This document shows positions 11,159 through 21,018 of a stretch of 64,000 bases of DNA, one piece after another. The notes under the pieces were generated by a model. The model did no database searches. It was not told the DNA's origin and saw only the letters and a list, made by a program, of their open reading frames with translations. Both the position numbers and the translations under genes were made by a program. Within the stretch, counting starts at the first letter, position 1. Each line of letters starts with the position of its first letter. This DNA is from a bacterium (GTDB lineage Bacteria; Bacillota; Clostridia; Oscillospirales; CAG-272). The DNA is taken from assembly GCA_963642885.1 (NCBI GenBank), contig CAVIJI010000008.1, positions 14,873 through 78,872 on the forward strand, given 5' to 3'.

Positions 11159-11872
11159 ATGCTCGGGTATATCCACTCATTCGAATCCATGGGACTTGTT
11201 GACGGCCCCGGTATACGCAGTGTCGTATTCATGCAGGGATGTCCCATGAGATGTATCTACTGTCACAATCCCGACACTTGGAAAACGGGTGAAGCGAACA
11301 CCATGTCTCCCGAGGATATTTTAAAAAAGCTGCTTAGATTCAAAGTATACTACGGAAATGACGGAGGTGTTACTTTTTCGGGCGGCGAACCGCTTGCGCA
11401 GCCGCAATTCCTTGCACAATGTCTTAAATTATGCAGAAGCAATGGAATTAATACATGTCTTGACACATCCGGGTGCGGAAACGGTGATTACGACGAAATA
11501 CTGAAATATACCGATCTCATACTTTACGATGTAAAGCATTATGACTCGGTTATGTACCGAACAATCACGTCGCAGCCTATCGAGCGTACACTGTTATTCC
11601 TCGATTCCGCACAAAGGCTCGGTATTCCTCTTTGGATAAGGCACGTAGTTGTTCCTGAAATTACCGACAGTATCGAGCATTTCGAGAAGCTTGAGGCTTA
11701 TATCAGGACTTTAAAAAATGTAAAGCGTGTTGAACTACTGCCGTATCACAATCTCGGCGAATCCAAATACGCTGCCATGGGAATCGAGTACAAGCTTAAA
11801 GGCCTTCAGCCGACAAAAAACGAAAACATAAACATTTGGAACGACAGACTTAATAAAAACTGTTTGTCGTAA
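11159..11872 (+). CDS. pflA: Pyruvate formate-lyase activating enzyme (radical SAM)
   Basis: Start moved from track position 11081, which lies inside the riboswitch, to ATG 11159 with an [46 protein letters not shown] contains the CX3CX2C motif. Confidence 0.92.
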   Translation: MLGYIHSFESMGLVDGPGIRSVVFMQGCPMRCIYCHNPDTWKTGEANTMSPEDILKKLLRFKVYYGNDGGVTFSGGEPLAQPQFLAQCLKLCRSNGINTCLDTSGCGNGDYDEILKYTDLILYDVKHYDSVMYRTITSQPIERTLLFLDSAQRLGIPLWIRHVVVPEITDSIEHFEKLEAYIRTLKNVKRVELLPYHNLGESKYAAMGIEYKLKGLQPTKNENINIWNDRLNKNCLS

Positions 11873-11889
11873 AACTTACGGAGGTTACA

Positions 11890-14133
11890 ATGAGTATTGA
11901 TGTAAACTGCAGTGCATGGAGCGGATTTAAAACCGGAGAATGGCGCCATCTCGTCAATGTACGCAACTTTATACAAAAGAATTACACCCCATATTCGGGT
12001 GATGAAAGCTTTCTTTCTGGAATTTCCGAAAAAACATCGAAAATATGGGAAAAAGCCGAAGCACTGATTAAGGAAGAAATCAACAAGGGAATTATAGATG
12101 TCGAGGTTAATGCCGTAGCGGGAATCAACAATTTCGCGCCCGGTTATATCGACCGTGACAACGAGGTTATCGTAGGTCTGCAAACAGATGCTCCTCTGAA
12201 AAGGATAGTAAATCCGTTCGGCGGAATGAGGAACGCGGAGTCTGCTCTCGAACAGTACGGCTATCATCTTAATCCCGAAATCGAAAAGCACTTTAAGCTA
12301 TACCGCAAAACTCACAACGAAGGTGTTTTCGATGCGTATCCGAAACGTACAAGACTTGCGAGAACGGCCGGATTGCTCACAGGTCTCCCCGATGCATACG
12401 GCAGAGGAAGAATCGTAGGTGACTACAGAAGAGTTCCGTTATACGGTACCGATTTTCTGATTGAAGAAAAGAAAAAGGATCTCGATCTGCTTGACGGCCC
12501 GATGACCGACGAACGCATCCGCCTCAGAGAAGAAGTACAGATGCAAATACGTGCGCTTAACGAAATGAAGGAAATGGCACTCACATACGGCTGTGACATA
12601 TCAAAACCTGCCGAAAACGCGCGTGAAGCCGTACAGAATCTTTATCTCGCGTACTTAGCGGGAACAAAAGAAAACAACGGAGCCGCAACTTCTCTCGGTA
12701 GAACATCGACATTCCTTGATATATACATTCAGCGTGATATCGAAAACGGATTGATTACCGAAAAGGATGCGCAGGAGCTTATCGACCAGTTCATAATAAA
12801 GCTTCGTTTAATCAGGCATCTCAGAACACCCGAATATAATGAATTGTTCGGCGGCGACCCGACATGGGTAACGGAATCGATAGGCGGAATGGGTGTTGAC
12901 GGACGTACTTTAGTCACCAAAAACTCTTTCCGTTATCTTCACACATTAATCAACCTCGGAACCGCACCCGAGCCTAATTTAACCGTACTCTGGAGCAAAG
13001 CTCTTCCGAAAGCCTTCAAAGATTACTGTGCTCGAATAAGCATTGACACCGACTCGATTCAGTACGAAAACGACGATATAATGCGTCCCATGTACGGTGA
13101 TGATTACTGCATTGCATGCTGTGTGTCCGCAATGGCTGTAGGTAAACAGATGCAATTCTTCGGTGCGAGAGCAAATCTGGCTAAAAGCCTTTTATACGCA
13201 ATAAACGGAGGCGTCGACGAAATCAAAGGCATAAAGGTTGTTCCCGAAATCGAAAAGGATAATGACGAGGTATTGGAATACTCCAAGGTATTGGCAAACT
13301 ACAAGAAAGTTCTTGCATATGTCGCGGAGCTTTATGTCGACACAATCAACATTATCCACTACATGCACGATAAATACGCATACGAAAGCAGTCAGATGGC
13401 ACTCCACGACACCTTGGTAGATAGACTTGCCGCATTCGGTGTAGCCGGCTTGTCTATCGCAGCAGATTCGCTGTCGGCAATCAAATTCGCAAAGGTTAAA
13501 CCGATACGAAACGAAAACGGAATAACCGTCGATTTTGATGTCGAAGGAGATTTTCCCAAATACGGCAATGATAATGATCTCGTTGATGATATAGCGGTAG
13601 AAATTGTTTCCTATTTCTCTGCGGAATTGAAAAAGCACCCCCTCTACCGCGGTGCGATGCACACCCTTTCCGCGCTTACAATAACGAGCAATGTAATGTA
13701 CGGTAAAAAAACAGGCTCTACTCCCGACGGAAGGAACGCGGGAGAACCTTTCGCACCGGGTGCGAATCCCATGCACGGCCGTGATGTATACGGAGCTCTC
13801 GCTTCGCTTAACTCAGTCGCAAAAATACCGTATCGCGCGGTATGCCAGGATGGTATATCAAACACATTCTCTATCGTTCCCGCCGCTCTCGGTAAAACAG
13901 ACGAAAGCCGCACAAAGAATCTCGTGTCAATTCTCGACGGATACTTTGCGCAGGGAGCACATCATCTTAATGTAAACGTTATGAACCGTGAAATACTCGA
14001 GGATGCAATGGAACACCCCGAAAAATATCCGACACTGACTATACGTGTATCGGGTTATGCGGTAAACTTCAACCGACTCACACGCGAACAGCAGCTTGAA
14101 GTAATCAAACGTACATTCCACGAAAGCATGTAA
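11890..14133 (+). CDS. pflB: Formate C-acetyltransferase (pyruvate formate-lyase)
   Basis: 747 aa. Active-site CIACCVS. C-terminal glycyl-radical motif [11 protein letters not shown]. Confidence 0.95.
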   Translation: MSIDVNCSAWSGFKTGEWRHLVNVRNFIQKNYTPYSGDESFLSGISEKTSKIWEKAEALIKEEINKGIIDVEVNAVAGINNFAPGYIDRDNEVIVGLQTDAPLKRIVNPFGGMRNAESALEQYGYHLNPEIEKHFKLYRKTHNEGVFDAYPKRTRLARTAGLLTGLPDAYGRGRIVGDYRRVPLYGTDFLIEEKKKDLDLLDGPMTDERIRLREEVQMQIRALNEMKEMALTYGCDISKPAENAREAVQNLYLAYLAGTKENNGAATSLGRTSTFLDIYIQRDIENGLITEKDAQELIDQFIIKLRLIRHLRTPEYNELFGGDPTWVTESIGGMGVDGRTLVTKNSFRYLHTLINLGTAPEPNLTVLWSKALPKAFKDYCARISIDTDSIQYENDDIMRPMYGDDYCIACCVSAMAVGKQMQFFGARANLAKSLLYAINGGVDEIKGIKVVPEIEKDNDEVLEYSKVLANYKKVLAYVAELYVDTINIIHYMHDKYAYESSQMALHDTLVDRLAAFGVAGLSIAADSLSAIKFAKVKPIRNENGITVDFDVEGDFPKYGNDNDLVDDIAVEIVSYFSAELKKHPLYRGAMHTLSALTITSNVMYGKKTGSTPDGRNAGEPFAPGANPMHGRDVYGALASLNSVAKIPYRAVCQDGISNTFSIVPAALGKTDESRTKNLVSILDGYFAQGAHHLNVNVMNREILEDAMEHPEKYPTLTIRVSGYAVNFNRLTREQQLEVIKRTFHESM

Positions 14134-14137
14134 TGAT

Positions 14138-14190
14138 AAAACAGTGTATTTCGCTATACTTAATAGTATGCGAAATACACTGTTTTTTTT
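14138..14190. terminator. Bidirectional terminator between convergent pflB and the GH36-like gene
   Basis: Near-perfect long hairpin ACAGTGTATTTCGC...GCGAAATACACTGT, flanked by an A-run and T8. Confidence 0.85.
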
Positions 14191-16162
14191 ATTTTATGCT
14201 GTAGAAAATCACGGTACCCTCTCTCGGTGCAAGCTTTACCGTAAGGCCGTCCGCAAGTTCATCCGAGCTTTTTTCGAAAGTTTTACCGTCTGAAGAATTT
14301 TCAAACACATATGTTTTACCTTCTTCCACATGTATATGCGCGGTAAATGTTTCATTTTCAGCGAAAATATTTCGAATAAACTGGATGAATCCGCATTTAT
14401 TGTCACTGTCATCGAACTGGCATACATACCAGTCGTGTCTGTCCTTGCGGCATTCGGTAAGAGGATAATAATCCCCCTGAAGAGCTAACCGTGCCGCCCT
14501 TCTCCATATCTTCTCTGCGGCTATCGAACGAGCGAACTCATCATCAGAAGCATCGAACCACGTCATATATGTCGCAGCGGGCACCATTGCATTCTGGAAC
14601 GAAAAATCGTCGTTTTGCGTCCATGTGCCGCCGCTCTTTTCGACGTCTTCCCTATCCCATGACATATTGTGTGAACGGAAATAAGGAATCCACTCGTGCA
14701 TTTGCCTGAATTGCTTCTGTTTAATTTCATGTTTGCCGTATCCTACATCGGTATAGTGAAGCGGAACCGCACGTTTCATGGTTTCAATATCGTTTCTCCT
14801 GCCGCCCGAAGCACATGAGTCTATAATGAGTCCGGGGTTGCGTGCTCTCAGCTCATCCCAGTATTCGAGATACCCTTGCACATGCAGATTTTCTCTTGCG
14901 CCTATACGATCTTCTTCTTCGGCATCTATCCAACAAGGCTTCGGATCGAAATTGAAATCCTGACGGTATACTCTGATGTGTCCTTCTTTGATTATCGAAT
15001 CCACTCTGTTTGTTATCCACTTTCTCGCCGCGGGATTACCCAAATCGAGCAGCTTGTCATAACTGTTTACATCGGGTGAAAGCAGCCAATCGGGATGCTC
15101 TTTGTACAGCTCAGTACCTTCGGCTACTCTTTCGGGTTCGAACCATACAAGAAGCTTTATGTCGTTCTCATCGCATAACTTTCCTATCGGTTCAAATCCG
15201 TTCGGAAATCTCTCCGGATCAGGTTTCCATGTACCGATATGAGGCCAGTTGTAATCACATTTATACCATCCGGCATCAATCCACCATATATCGGGTTTCA
15301 ATCCTTTACGGATATATTCATGTATTGCGTTAACCTGATTTTTTTCCGTAGCAGCTGTATGCTCCGGTTTTCCTTCACAGCTCCAATAGTGCAGGCAAAG
15401 AGACGGATCAAGCGTATGCCCGTTGCTTCTGGGAATTATATGTGCCATATACCATCTTCTCCACTGATTGCATGAACGCGTTTCATCACCTTCGGTAAAC
15501 ATCAGTGTCAAAGAAGGAGTGCGCATTTTCTCACCGGGATGTATCTTCATATGACATCTCAGCTGTCCGCATCGATAATCCACACCGTTTTCGGTACGTT
15601 TTACAACAGCTTTCCACATCTGGCTCCATCCCACTGCGGCACGGCAAACAAACGAATCGAATACAAGCTTCATATACGGGAATGCGCCTCTGCATGAATT
15701 GCCGTCTGTGGGATTAATTTGCATTTTCTCGGAATGAAGTGCATCGCGGAACCATTCGTACCCACTCTCGTCGCACGTATCTCCATTCCCGTGAACAAAT
15801 TCGGTGAAATTTCCGACAATATTTCCGCCGAGCATAATGTCGGATATTACGGGAGTGTCCTCTGTTCCGTTATTTTGAAATTCAGCCACCCATTCCGATA
15901 CCGCATAATCGTGATATTCGAGATGTACCGCCTTGATTTCGAGACCGCATTCTTCACATACTCCGATATATTCGTATCGTGTAATGTTCGCGTCTACTGT
16001 TTCACGTGTACAGCTCCGTTTCATTGTACTCGGAATGCCGCAAATCGTCCGCTCTCCTAACTTAAATGTAAGCGGAATGTCATACATATCACTTTCTTCG
16101 GATGTATGTATGAAGCCTTTTTCGATAAGCCGCATATCCGATTTTGTGGTTTTGCTTTCCAT
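14189..16162 (-). CDS. GH36-like (clan GH-D) alpha-galactosidase-family glycoside hydrolase
   Basis: 657 aa, cytoplasmic. WWIDAGWY, VYRQDFNFDP (equivalent of the KWD nucleophile region) and DSCASGGRRND (equivalent of CSSGGGRFD). Substrate unknown. Confidence 0.65.
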   Translation of the reverse strand: MESKTTKSDMRLIEKGFIHTSEESDMYDIPLTFKLGERTICGIPSTMKRSCTRETVDANITRYEYIGVCEECGLEIKAVHLEYHDYAVSEWVAEFQNNGTEDTPVISDIMLGGNIVGNFTEFVHGNGDTCDESGYEWFRDALHSEKMQINPTDGNSCRGAFPYMKLVFDSFVCRAAVGWSQMWKAVVKRTENGVDYRCGQLRCHMKIHPGEKMRTPSLTLMFTEGDETRSCNQWRRWYMAHIIPRSNGHTLDPSLCLHYWSCEGKPEHTAATEKNQVNAIHEYIRKGLKPDIWWIDAGWYKCDYNWPHIGTWKPDPERFPNGFEPIGKLCDENDIKLLVWFEPERVAEGTELYKEHPDWLLSPDVNSYDKLLDLGNPAARKWITNRVDSIIKEGHIRVYRQDFNFDPKPCWIDAEEEDRIGARENLHVQGYLEYWDELRARNPGLIIDSCASGGRRNDIETMKRAVPLHYTDVGYGKHEIKQKQFRQMHEWIPYFRSHNMSWDREDVEKSGGTWTQNDDFSFQNAMVPAATYMTWFDASDDEFARSIAAEKIWRRAARLALQGDYYPLTECRKDRHDWYVCQFDDSDNKCGFIQFIRNIFAENETFTAHIHVEEGKTYVFENSSDGKTFEKSSDELADGLTVKLAPREGTVIFYSIK

Positions 16163-16236
16163 AAATTCCTCCTTGATTATCAGAAAATTTATTTGCCGAC
16201 ATTTATAAACATATTTAATAAATCGATTTTTCGCCG

Positions 16237-18420
16237 TCAGTTTACGGTTTTAACGGATTTGGAATTAAAACGTTTTAACTGTATTCGAAGCTCTTTATAC
16301 TTTTCGTTTTTCAGGTACGGATCCTCCGATGCTATCTTCTCGGCGTAGTATGCGGCTTTTTCTATCATCTCGGTATCGGTGCATGAGGATGCGAGATTCA
16401 GGTTAAGCTCTCCGCTTTGACGGATAATACCGCTGTCCGACAAGAAATCTCCGGGGCCCCTCTGCTCAAGGTCATACTCTGCTATCTCAAATCCGTCGGA
16501 AGTACTCTTTATTGCATCAAGACGTTTGCGTGAAACAGCATCCTTCGCATCCGAAACAAGAATAAAATACGATTTCACGCTGCCTCGTCCTACTCTGCCG
16601 CGAAGCTGATGCAATTGTGAAAGTCCGAATCTCTCGGCATTTTCCACTATCATGAGCGAAGCATTCGGTACATTGACACCGACCTCGATTACGGTAGTCG
16701 AAACGAGTACGTCTATATTTCCCCTCTCGAACTCATGCATAACCTCTTCGCGTGCTCCGTTTTTCATTCTGCCGTGAATCAGTCCGATTCTCAACTCGGG
16801 CAATGCTTCGGATAAATATACCGCCATTGTTTCAGCTGCTTTCATCGGCAGTTTTTCACCTTGCCGGCTGTTTTCGAGAAGCATTATGTCGCCTATATTC
16901 TCGGTATCCTCGTTTTTATCCGTGTTCTCCTCCACCGCGGGACATACCACATACGTCTGATGCCCTTCATCTGCCTGTTTTTTTATAAACGCATTGAGTC
17001 GTTGTCGATAGCTTTCGTTGACCGTAAACGTATCTACCTTTTGTCTGCCTTTCGGCAGCTCGTCTATGCGTGAAACGGCAATGCTTCCATATGAAACCAA
17101 TGTCATTGTACGAGGTATCGGAGTGGCACTCATTACAAGACAATGTACATTTTCCGCCTTCTCGAATAAAGCCGCACGTTGGGTTACACCAAAGCGATGC
17201 TGTTCGTCTATAACAGCGATTCCCAAATTATCGAGTACGACATCATCGGATATAAGTGCCTGTGTACCTATGATTATATCTATTCTGTCATCCAATGGAT
17301 TATCATCCCTTAATCCCTTAAGAATCATATCCCTCGCTTTTTTCTTTGTCGAACCCGTAAGAAGAGCACACTTAATCCCAAGCGGTTCCAACAGTGCACC
17401 CAAATCATTCGCATGCTGCTCCGCTAAAATCTCCGTCGGAACCATTACCGCGGCTCTGTATCCGTTTTTAATCGCCGTATAACATGCGGCGGCGGCAACA
17501 ACCGTCTTTCCGCTTCCCACATCTCCCGTGAGAATACGGTTCATGAGATACTTTCCCGACATATCGGACAGTATTTCCGACACGCACCTTTTCTGAGCCG
17601 ACGTCAATTCGTACGGTAAAATATCGGTAAACTCATGTATTTCCGTATTACTCATCGGAATACTATTGCTTTTTTTTCCGATTTCACCTTTTACATCTAC
17701 AGATAACATCATCATAAAAAGCTCATTGAATGTCAATCGTCTTTTTGCTTTTTCAATATCTTCTATCGACGATGGATGATGTATCGTATTCAGTGCATAT
17801 GAATACGTAGGCAAAGCAAGCTCAGTCAGCATTTCGGGCGGTAAAAATTCTCTGAGCTCCTGTGAGATATATCTCAGCGCTTCCGAGATTATTCCAGACA
17901 TAAATTTCTGCTTTATTCCCGCGGTAAGCGGATACACAGGTACGATATCAGGCAGTACGGCACCGCTGTAATAAGGCTCCGCTATCGGGTTATTCATTGT
18001 GAGAGCACCGTTTTCATGCACAATCTTACCGAAAAAGCGAAAAACAGAGCCGATATGTATAGTGTTTTTTAAGTACTGCTGATTAAAATAGGTTATGTGT
18101 ATCGTTCCGCTTTCATCGAAAGCACTGAACTTCATCAATGTCATCCCTCTGCGTATCATTCTCACATTCGGTTCGTTTGATACGGTTAATACAACGGAAA
18201 AAATGCCGCTCTCTCCCCGGGCAAGCTTTTCTTTGATTTCTGCGGTTTGTACCGTATCCCCGCGGTTCTGATAGGCTCTCGGCAAACAGTTCACAAGATC
18301 ATACAGGCTTTCCAGATTCATTGCCGTGAGACTCTTATATCTCGTTTCACCGACACCTTTAAGTATACTTACGGAAGACGAGAGGGTATATTTATTTTCT
18401 TTATCGGAATTATTTATCAT
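16237..18420 (-). CDS. recG: ATP-dependent DNA helicase RecG
   Basis: 727 aa. Wedge domain followed by helicase motifs GDVGSGKTVVAA, DEQHRFG and QLRGRVGRG. Confidence 0.93.
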   Translation of the reverse strand: MINNSDKENKYTLSSSVSILKGVGETRYKSLTAMNLESLYDLVNCLPRAYQNRGDTVQTAEIKEKLARGESGIFSVVLTVSNEPNVRMIRRGMTLMKFSAFDESGTIHITYFNQQYLKNTIHIGSVFRFFGKIVHENGALTMNNPIAEPYYSGAVLPDIVPVYPLTAGIKQKFMSGIISEALRYISQELREFLPPEMLTELALPTYSYALNTIHHPSSIEDIEKAKRRLTFNELFMMMLSVDVKGEIGKKSNSIPMSNTEIHEFTDILPYELTSAQKRCVSEILSDMSGKYLMNRILTGDVGSGKTVVAAAACYTAIKNGYRAAVMVPTEILAEQHANDLGALLEPLGIKCALLTGSTKKKARDMILKGLRDDNPLDDRIDIIIGTQALISDDVVLDNLGIAVIDEQHRFGVTQRAALFEKAENVHCLVMSATPIPRTMTLVSYGSIAVSRIDELPKGRQKVDTFTVNESYRQRLNAFIKKQADEGHQTYVVCPAVEENTDKNEDTENIGDIMLLENSRQGEKLPMKAAETMAVYLSEALPELRIGLIHGRMKNGAREEVMHEFERGNIDVLVSTTVIEVGVNVPNASLMIVENAERFGLSQLHQLRGRVGRGSVKSYFILVSDAKDAVSRKRLDAIKSTSDGFEIAEYDLEQRGPGDFLSDSGIIRQSGELNLNLASSCTDTEMIEKAAYYAEKIASEDPYLKNEKYKELRIQLKRFNSKSVKTVN

Positions 18421-18636
18421 AATGTTGTACTTTTTATCATATTTTATTCTTTCTTTTCAATATATTAACACATCCGTCGGGAGAATGCAATAAGAATTAT
18501 TCGTACTCCATTATCAAACCGCACAAACGAATAATTTCACACGATAATTTTTCGACAAACAACCGATTTTTTTCAGCCGTCAATTTGTTCAAAATCGAAA
18601 TTCACCGTTTTCACGGTAAAAAAACATAAACACATA

Positions 18637-18665
18637 TTGACTTTGCGAATAATGTGTGCTAAAAT
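18637..18665 (+). promoter_or_regulatory. Promoter of the shikimate-operon leader
   Basis: TTGACT (18637-18642), 17-nt spacer, extended -10 TGcTAAAAT (18657-18665). Confidence 0.7.
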
Positions 18666-18695
18666 TAAGCCATCTTAAGCAAAGGATTAATCGTG

Positions 18696-18764
18696 ATGAA
18701 GAACAATATTGCGGCAGTTGCATATTTCTTTTTTTACTCTTACTTTTTTACCTGCAGGAAATAG
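18696..18764 (+). CDS. Candidate Phe/Tyr-rich leader peptide (22 aa) of the aro operon
   Basis: AAAGGA RBS 9 nt upstream. Reads ATG...TAG and encodes MKNNIAAVAYFFFYSYFFTCRK. 8 of 9 consecutive codons (18723-18749) are Tyr/Phe. Too short for the ORF track. Confidence 0.6.
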   Translation: MKNNIAAVAYFFFYSYFFTCRK

Positions 18765-18853
18765 TAAGAGTGTTTTTGCCGGAATTTTGTTTTTAAAACT
18801 TATATTAAAAACGGGCTTTCAGTATTAACACTGATTGGCCCGTTTTATTTTTT
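18736..18853 (+). terminator. Leader hairpins: ACTCTTAC/GTAAGAGT stem plus U-run, then a strong intrinsic terminator
   Basis: 18736-18743 is the exact complement of 18764-18771 and is followed by GTTTTTG. AAAACGGGC (18808-18816) pairs with GCCCGTTTT (18838-18846), with an inner TCAGT/ACTGA stem and a T-run to 18853. Confidence 0.7.
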
Positions 18854-18921
18854 GAGTACAACCGATTATTACCAGACTGTGAGATAAAATTTTAAAATTA
18901 AAAGAAATGAGATAAATTATT

Positions 18922-19926
18922 ATGATAGCCGTATTAAAAAGAGGAGTTTCGAAAAATCAGACAGACAGCTTCTGTGAATGGATTAAGGCTCAGGGAGTCG
19001 ATGTGCATGTATATGTCGGTGAATTCCAAACAGTTGTAGGCCTTATAGGAGATACCACAAAAATCGATGCCGAATTAATGGCAGGCCTTGATATAGTCGA
19101 GAGCGTAAAGCATATTTCCGACCCGTTCAAAAGTGCTAACCGTAAATTTCATCCCGACGACTCTATAATCGATATCTCGGGTAAAACCTCGGTAGGCGGA
19201 AAAAACTTCACGGTAATAGCGGGTCCCTGCTCTGTTGAATCCGAAGAACAAATACTCGAGGTCGCCAAAGCCGTAAAAAAATCGGGAGCAACGATACTTC
19301 GCGGCGGAGCATTCAAACCACGCACTTCTCCTTACGACTTCCAGGGCTTGCGAGCCGACGGTATAGAGCTTTTACTTGAAGCGAAAAAGGAAACCGGTCT
19401 TCCGATCGTCACTGAAATTATGAACGCAAACCACCTTCCTTTATTCGAGGATGTCGACATTATCCAGGTAGGCGCAAGAAATATGCAGAACTTCGAGCTT
19501 CTTAAGGAACTCGGTAAAATAAGAAAACCTATTTTGCTTAAGCGTGGTCTTGCCAATACGTTAAAGGAACTTCTTATGAGCGCCGAATATATCATGGCAG
19601 GCGGAAATGAAAATGTAATTCTTTGCGAACGCGGTGTAAGAACATTTGAAACATACACGAGAAACACTCTCGATCTGTCAGCTGTTCCCATGCTTCACGA
19701 GCTCTCACACCTTCCCGTTATTGTCGACCCGAGCCATGCAACGGGATTATCACGTTTGGTTAAGCCGATGGCTCTCGCAGCTGCCGCATGCGGTGCGGAT
19801 GGTATTATGATAGAGGTACACAACAATCCCAAAGCCGCTCTCTGTGACGGTGCTCAGTCATTGACACCCGAACAATTCGACGACGTAATGTGTACAACAA
19901 AACGCGTGCTTGAAGCGGTAAAGTAA
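18922..19926 (+). CDS. aroF: 3-deoxy-7-phosphoheptulonate (DAHP) synthase, type I-beta with N-terminal regulatory domain
   Basis: 334 aa. About 90 aa of ferredoxin-like N-terminal domain, then the KDO8PS-like core ([12 protein letters not shown]...[13 protein letters not shown]...VDPSH). Confidence 0.9.
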   Translation: MIAVLKRGVSKNQTDSFCEWIKAQGVDVHVYVGEFQTVVGLIGDTTKIDAELMAGLDIVESVKHISDPFKSANRKFHPDDSIIDISGKTSVGGKNFTVIAGPCSVESEEQILEVAKAVKKSGATILRGGAFKPRTSPYDFQGLRADGIELLLEAKKETGLPIVTEIMNANHLPLFEDVDIIQVGARNMQNFELLKELGKIRKPILLKRGLANTLKELLMSAEYIMAGGNENVILCERGVRTFETYTRNTLDLSAVPMLHELSHLPVIVDPSHATGLSRLVKPMALAAAACGADGIMIEVHNNPKAALCDGAQSLTPEQFDDVMCTTKRVLEAVK

Positions 19927-19947
19927 TCCGCATTCACCTGAATATTT

Positions 19948-21018
19948 ATGAAAATAATCAATGCCGGAAATTACAACATTATAATCGCACGCAATTCCCT
20001 CTCTCACCTCGGTGAGCACATTCAAAATGCAATCGGCACGCACGACTGCAAGGTTCTTGTTATTTCAGATGATAACGTGTATAACCTGTATCACGAAACG
20101 GTCGAAATAAGCCTTACCGAGGCGGGATTTATTCCCGTGAAAGCCTTTGTTTTCGAACATGGTGAAAAAAGCAAAAACCTTAATACACTCGGCAATATAT
20201 TAAGCCATGCCGCGAACGAAGGTCTCACTAGAGGTGATATAATCGTCGCGGTCGGGGGTGGAGTTGTAGGAGATATTGCGGGATTCGCATCTGCGGTATA
20301 TCTGAGAGGCATAAGATATGTCTCGGTACCGACTTCGATTCTCGCGGTGGTTGACTCCTCCGTTGGCGGAAAAACCGCCGTTGATATACCCGAGGGAAAA
20401 AATCTTGTCGGTGCATTTCATGAACCGTCTCTCGTTCTCAGCGACCCGACATTGTTCTCCACTCTGCCGAACGAATTTGTTTCCGATGGTATGGCAGAGG
20501 TAATAAAATACGGTGTGCTCGGAAATACCGCACTGTTTTCGCTTCTCGAACAGTCCGATAACCTGTCTTCCGACATAGACGTCATCACTGCAGAGTGCAT
20601 CAAAGACAAGGTAGATGTGGTTTCCCGAGATTATCTCGACAAGGGCGAAAGACAAAAGCTTAATCTCGGTCATACATTCGGTCACGGTATAGAAGCCCTA
20701 TCGGGGTTCACCGTATCTCACGGTCATGCCGTTGCGTCGGGAATGTATTTCATTACCGAAAGTGCTGTCAGGTGCGGATTATGCGACAGAAACAGCCTTA
20801 TCCGTCTTGAAAAGCTTCTGAAAAAATATTCGCTCGACCCGTTTATTTATCGGAAATACAAAACAGCCGATTTGATTTCAGCATCATCGCGTGATAAGAA
20901 GAGAAACGGTGATAAAATAACATTGGTTGTTCCGCGTAAAATCGGCGAATGCGATCTTATGAAAATCAATTTCGATGATATCGAAAAAGTCATTACGGGA
21001 GAGTTCCGATGGAAATAA
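19948..21018 (+). CDS. aroB: 3-dehydroquinate synthase
   Basis: 356 aa. GGGVVGDIAGFASA nucleotide-binding motif and HTFGHGIE metal ligands. Confidence 0.92.
   Translation: MKIINAGNYNIIIARNSLSHLGEHIQNAIGTHDCKVLVISDDNVYNLYHETVEISLTEAGFIPVKAFVFEHGEKSKNLNTLGNILSHAANEGLTRGDIIVAVGGGVVGDIAGFASAVYLRGIRYVSVPTSILAVVDSSVGGKTAVDIPEGKNLVGAFHEPSLVLSDPTLFSTLPNEFVSDGMAEVIKYGVLGNTALFSLLEQSDNLSSDIDVITAECIKDKVDVVSRDYLDKGERQKLNLGHTFGHGIEALSGFTVSHGHAVASGMYFITESAVRCGLCDRNSLIRLEKLLKKYSLDPFIYRKYKTADLISASSRDKKRNGDKITLVVPRKIGECDLMKINFDDIEKVITGEFRWK

Noticed and set aside
18493-18545. Inverted repeat GAATTATTCG...CGAATAATTT upstream of recG, and the ACCGT/ACGGT hairpin at 18603-18617.
   Set aside because: No U-tract in either transcriptional orientation, no adjacent gene needing a terminator, and short AT-rich arms. 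This is insufficient for any call.
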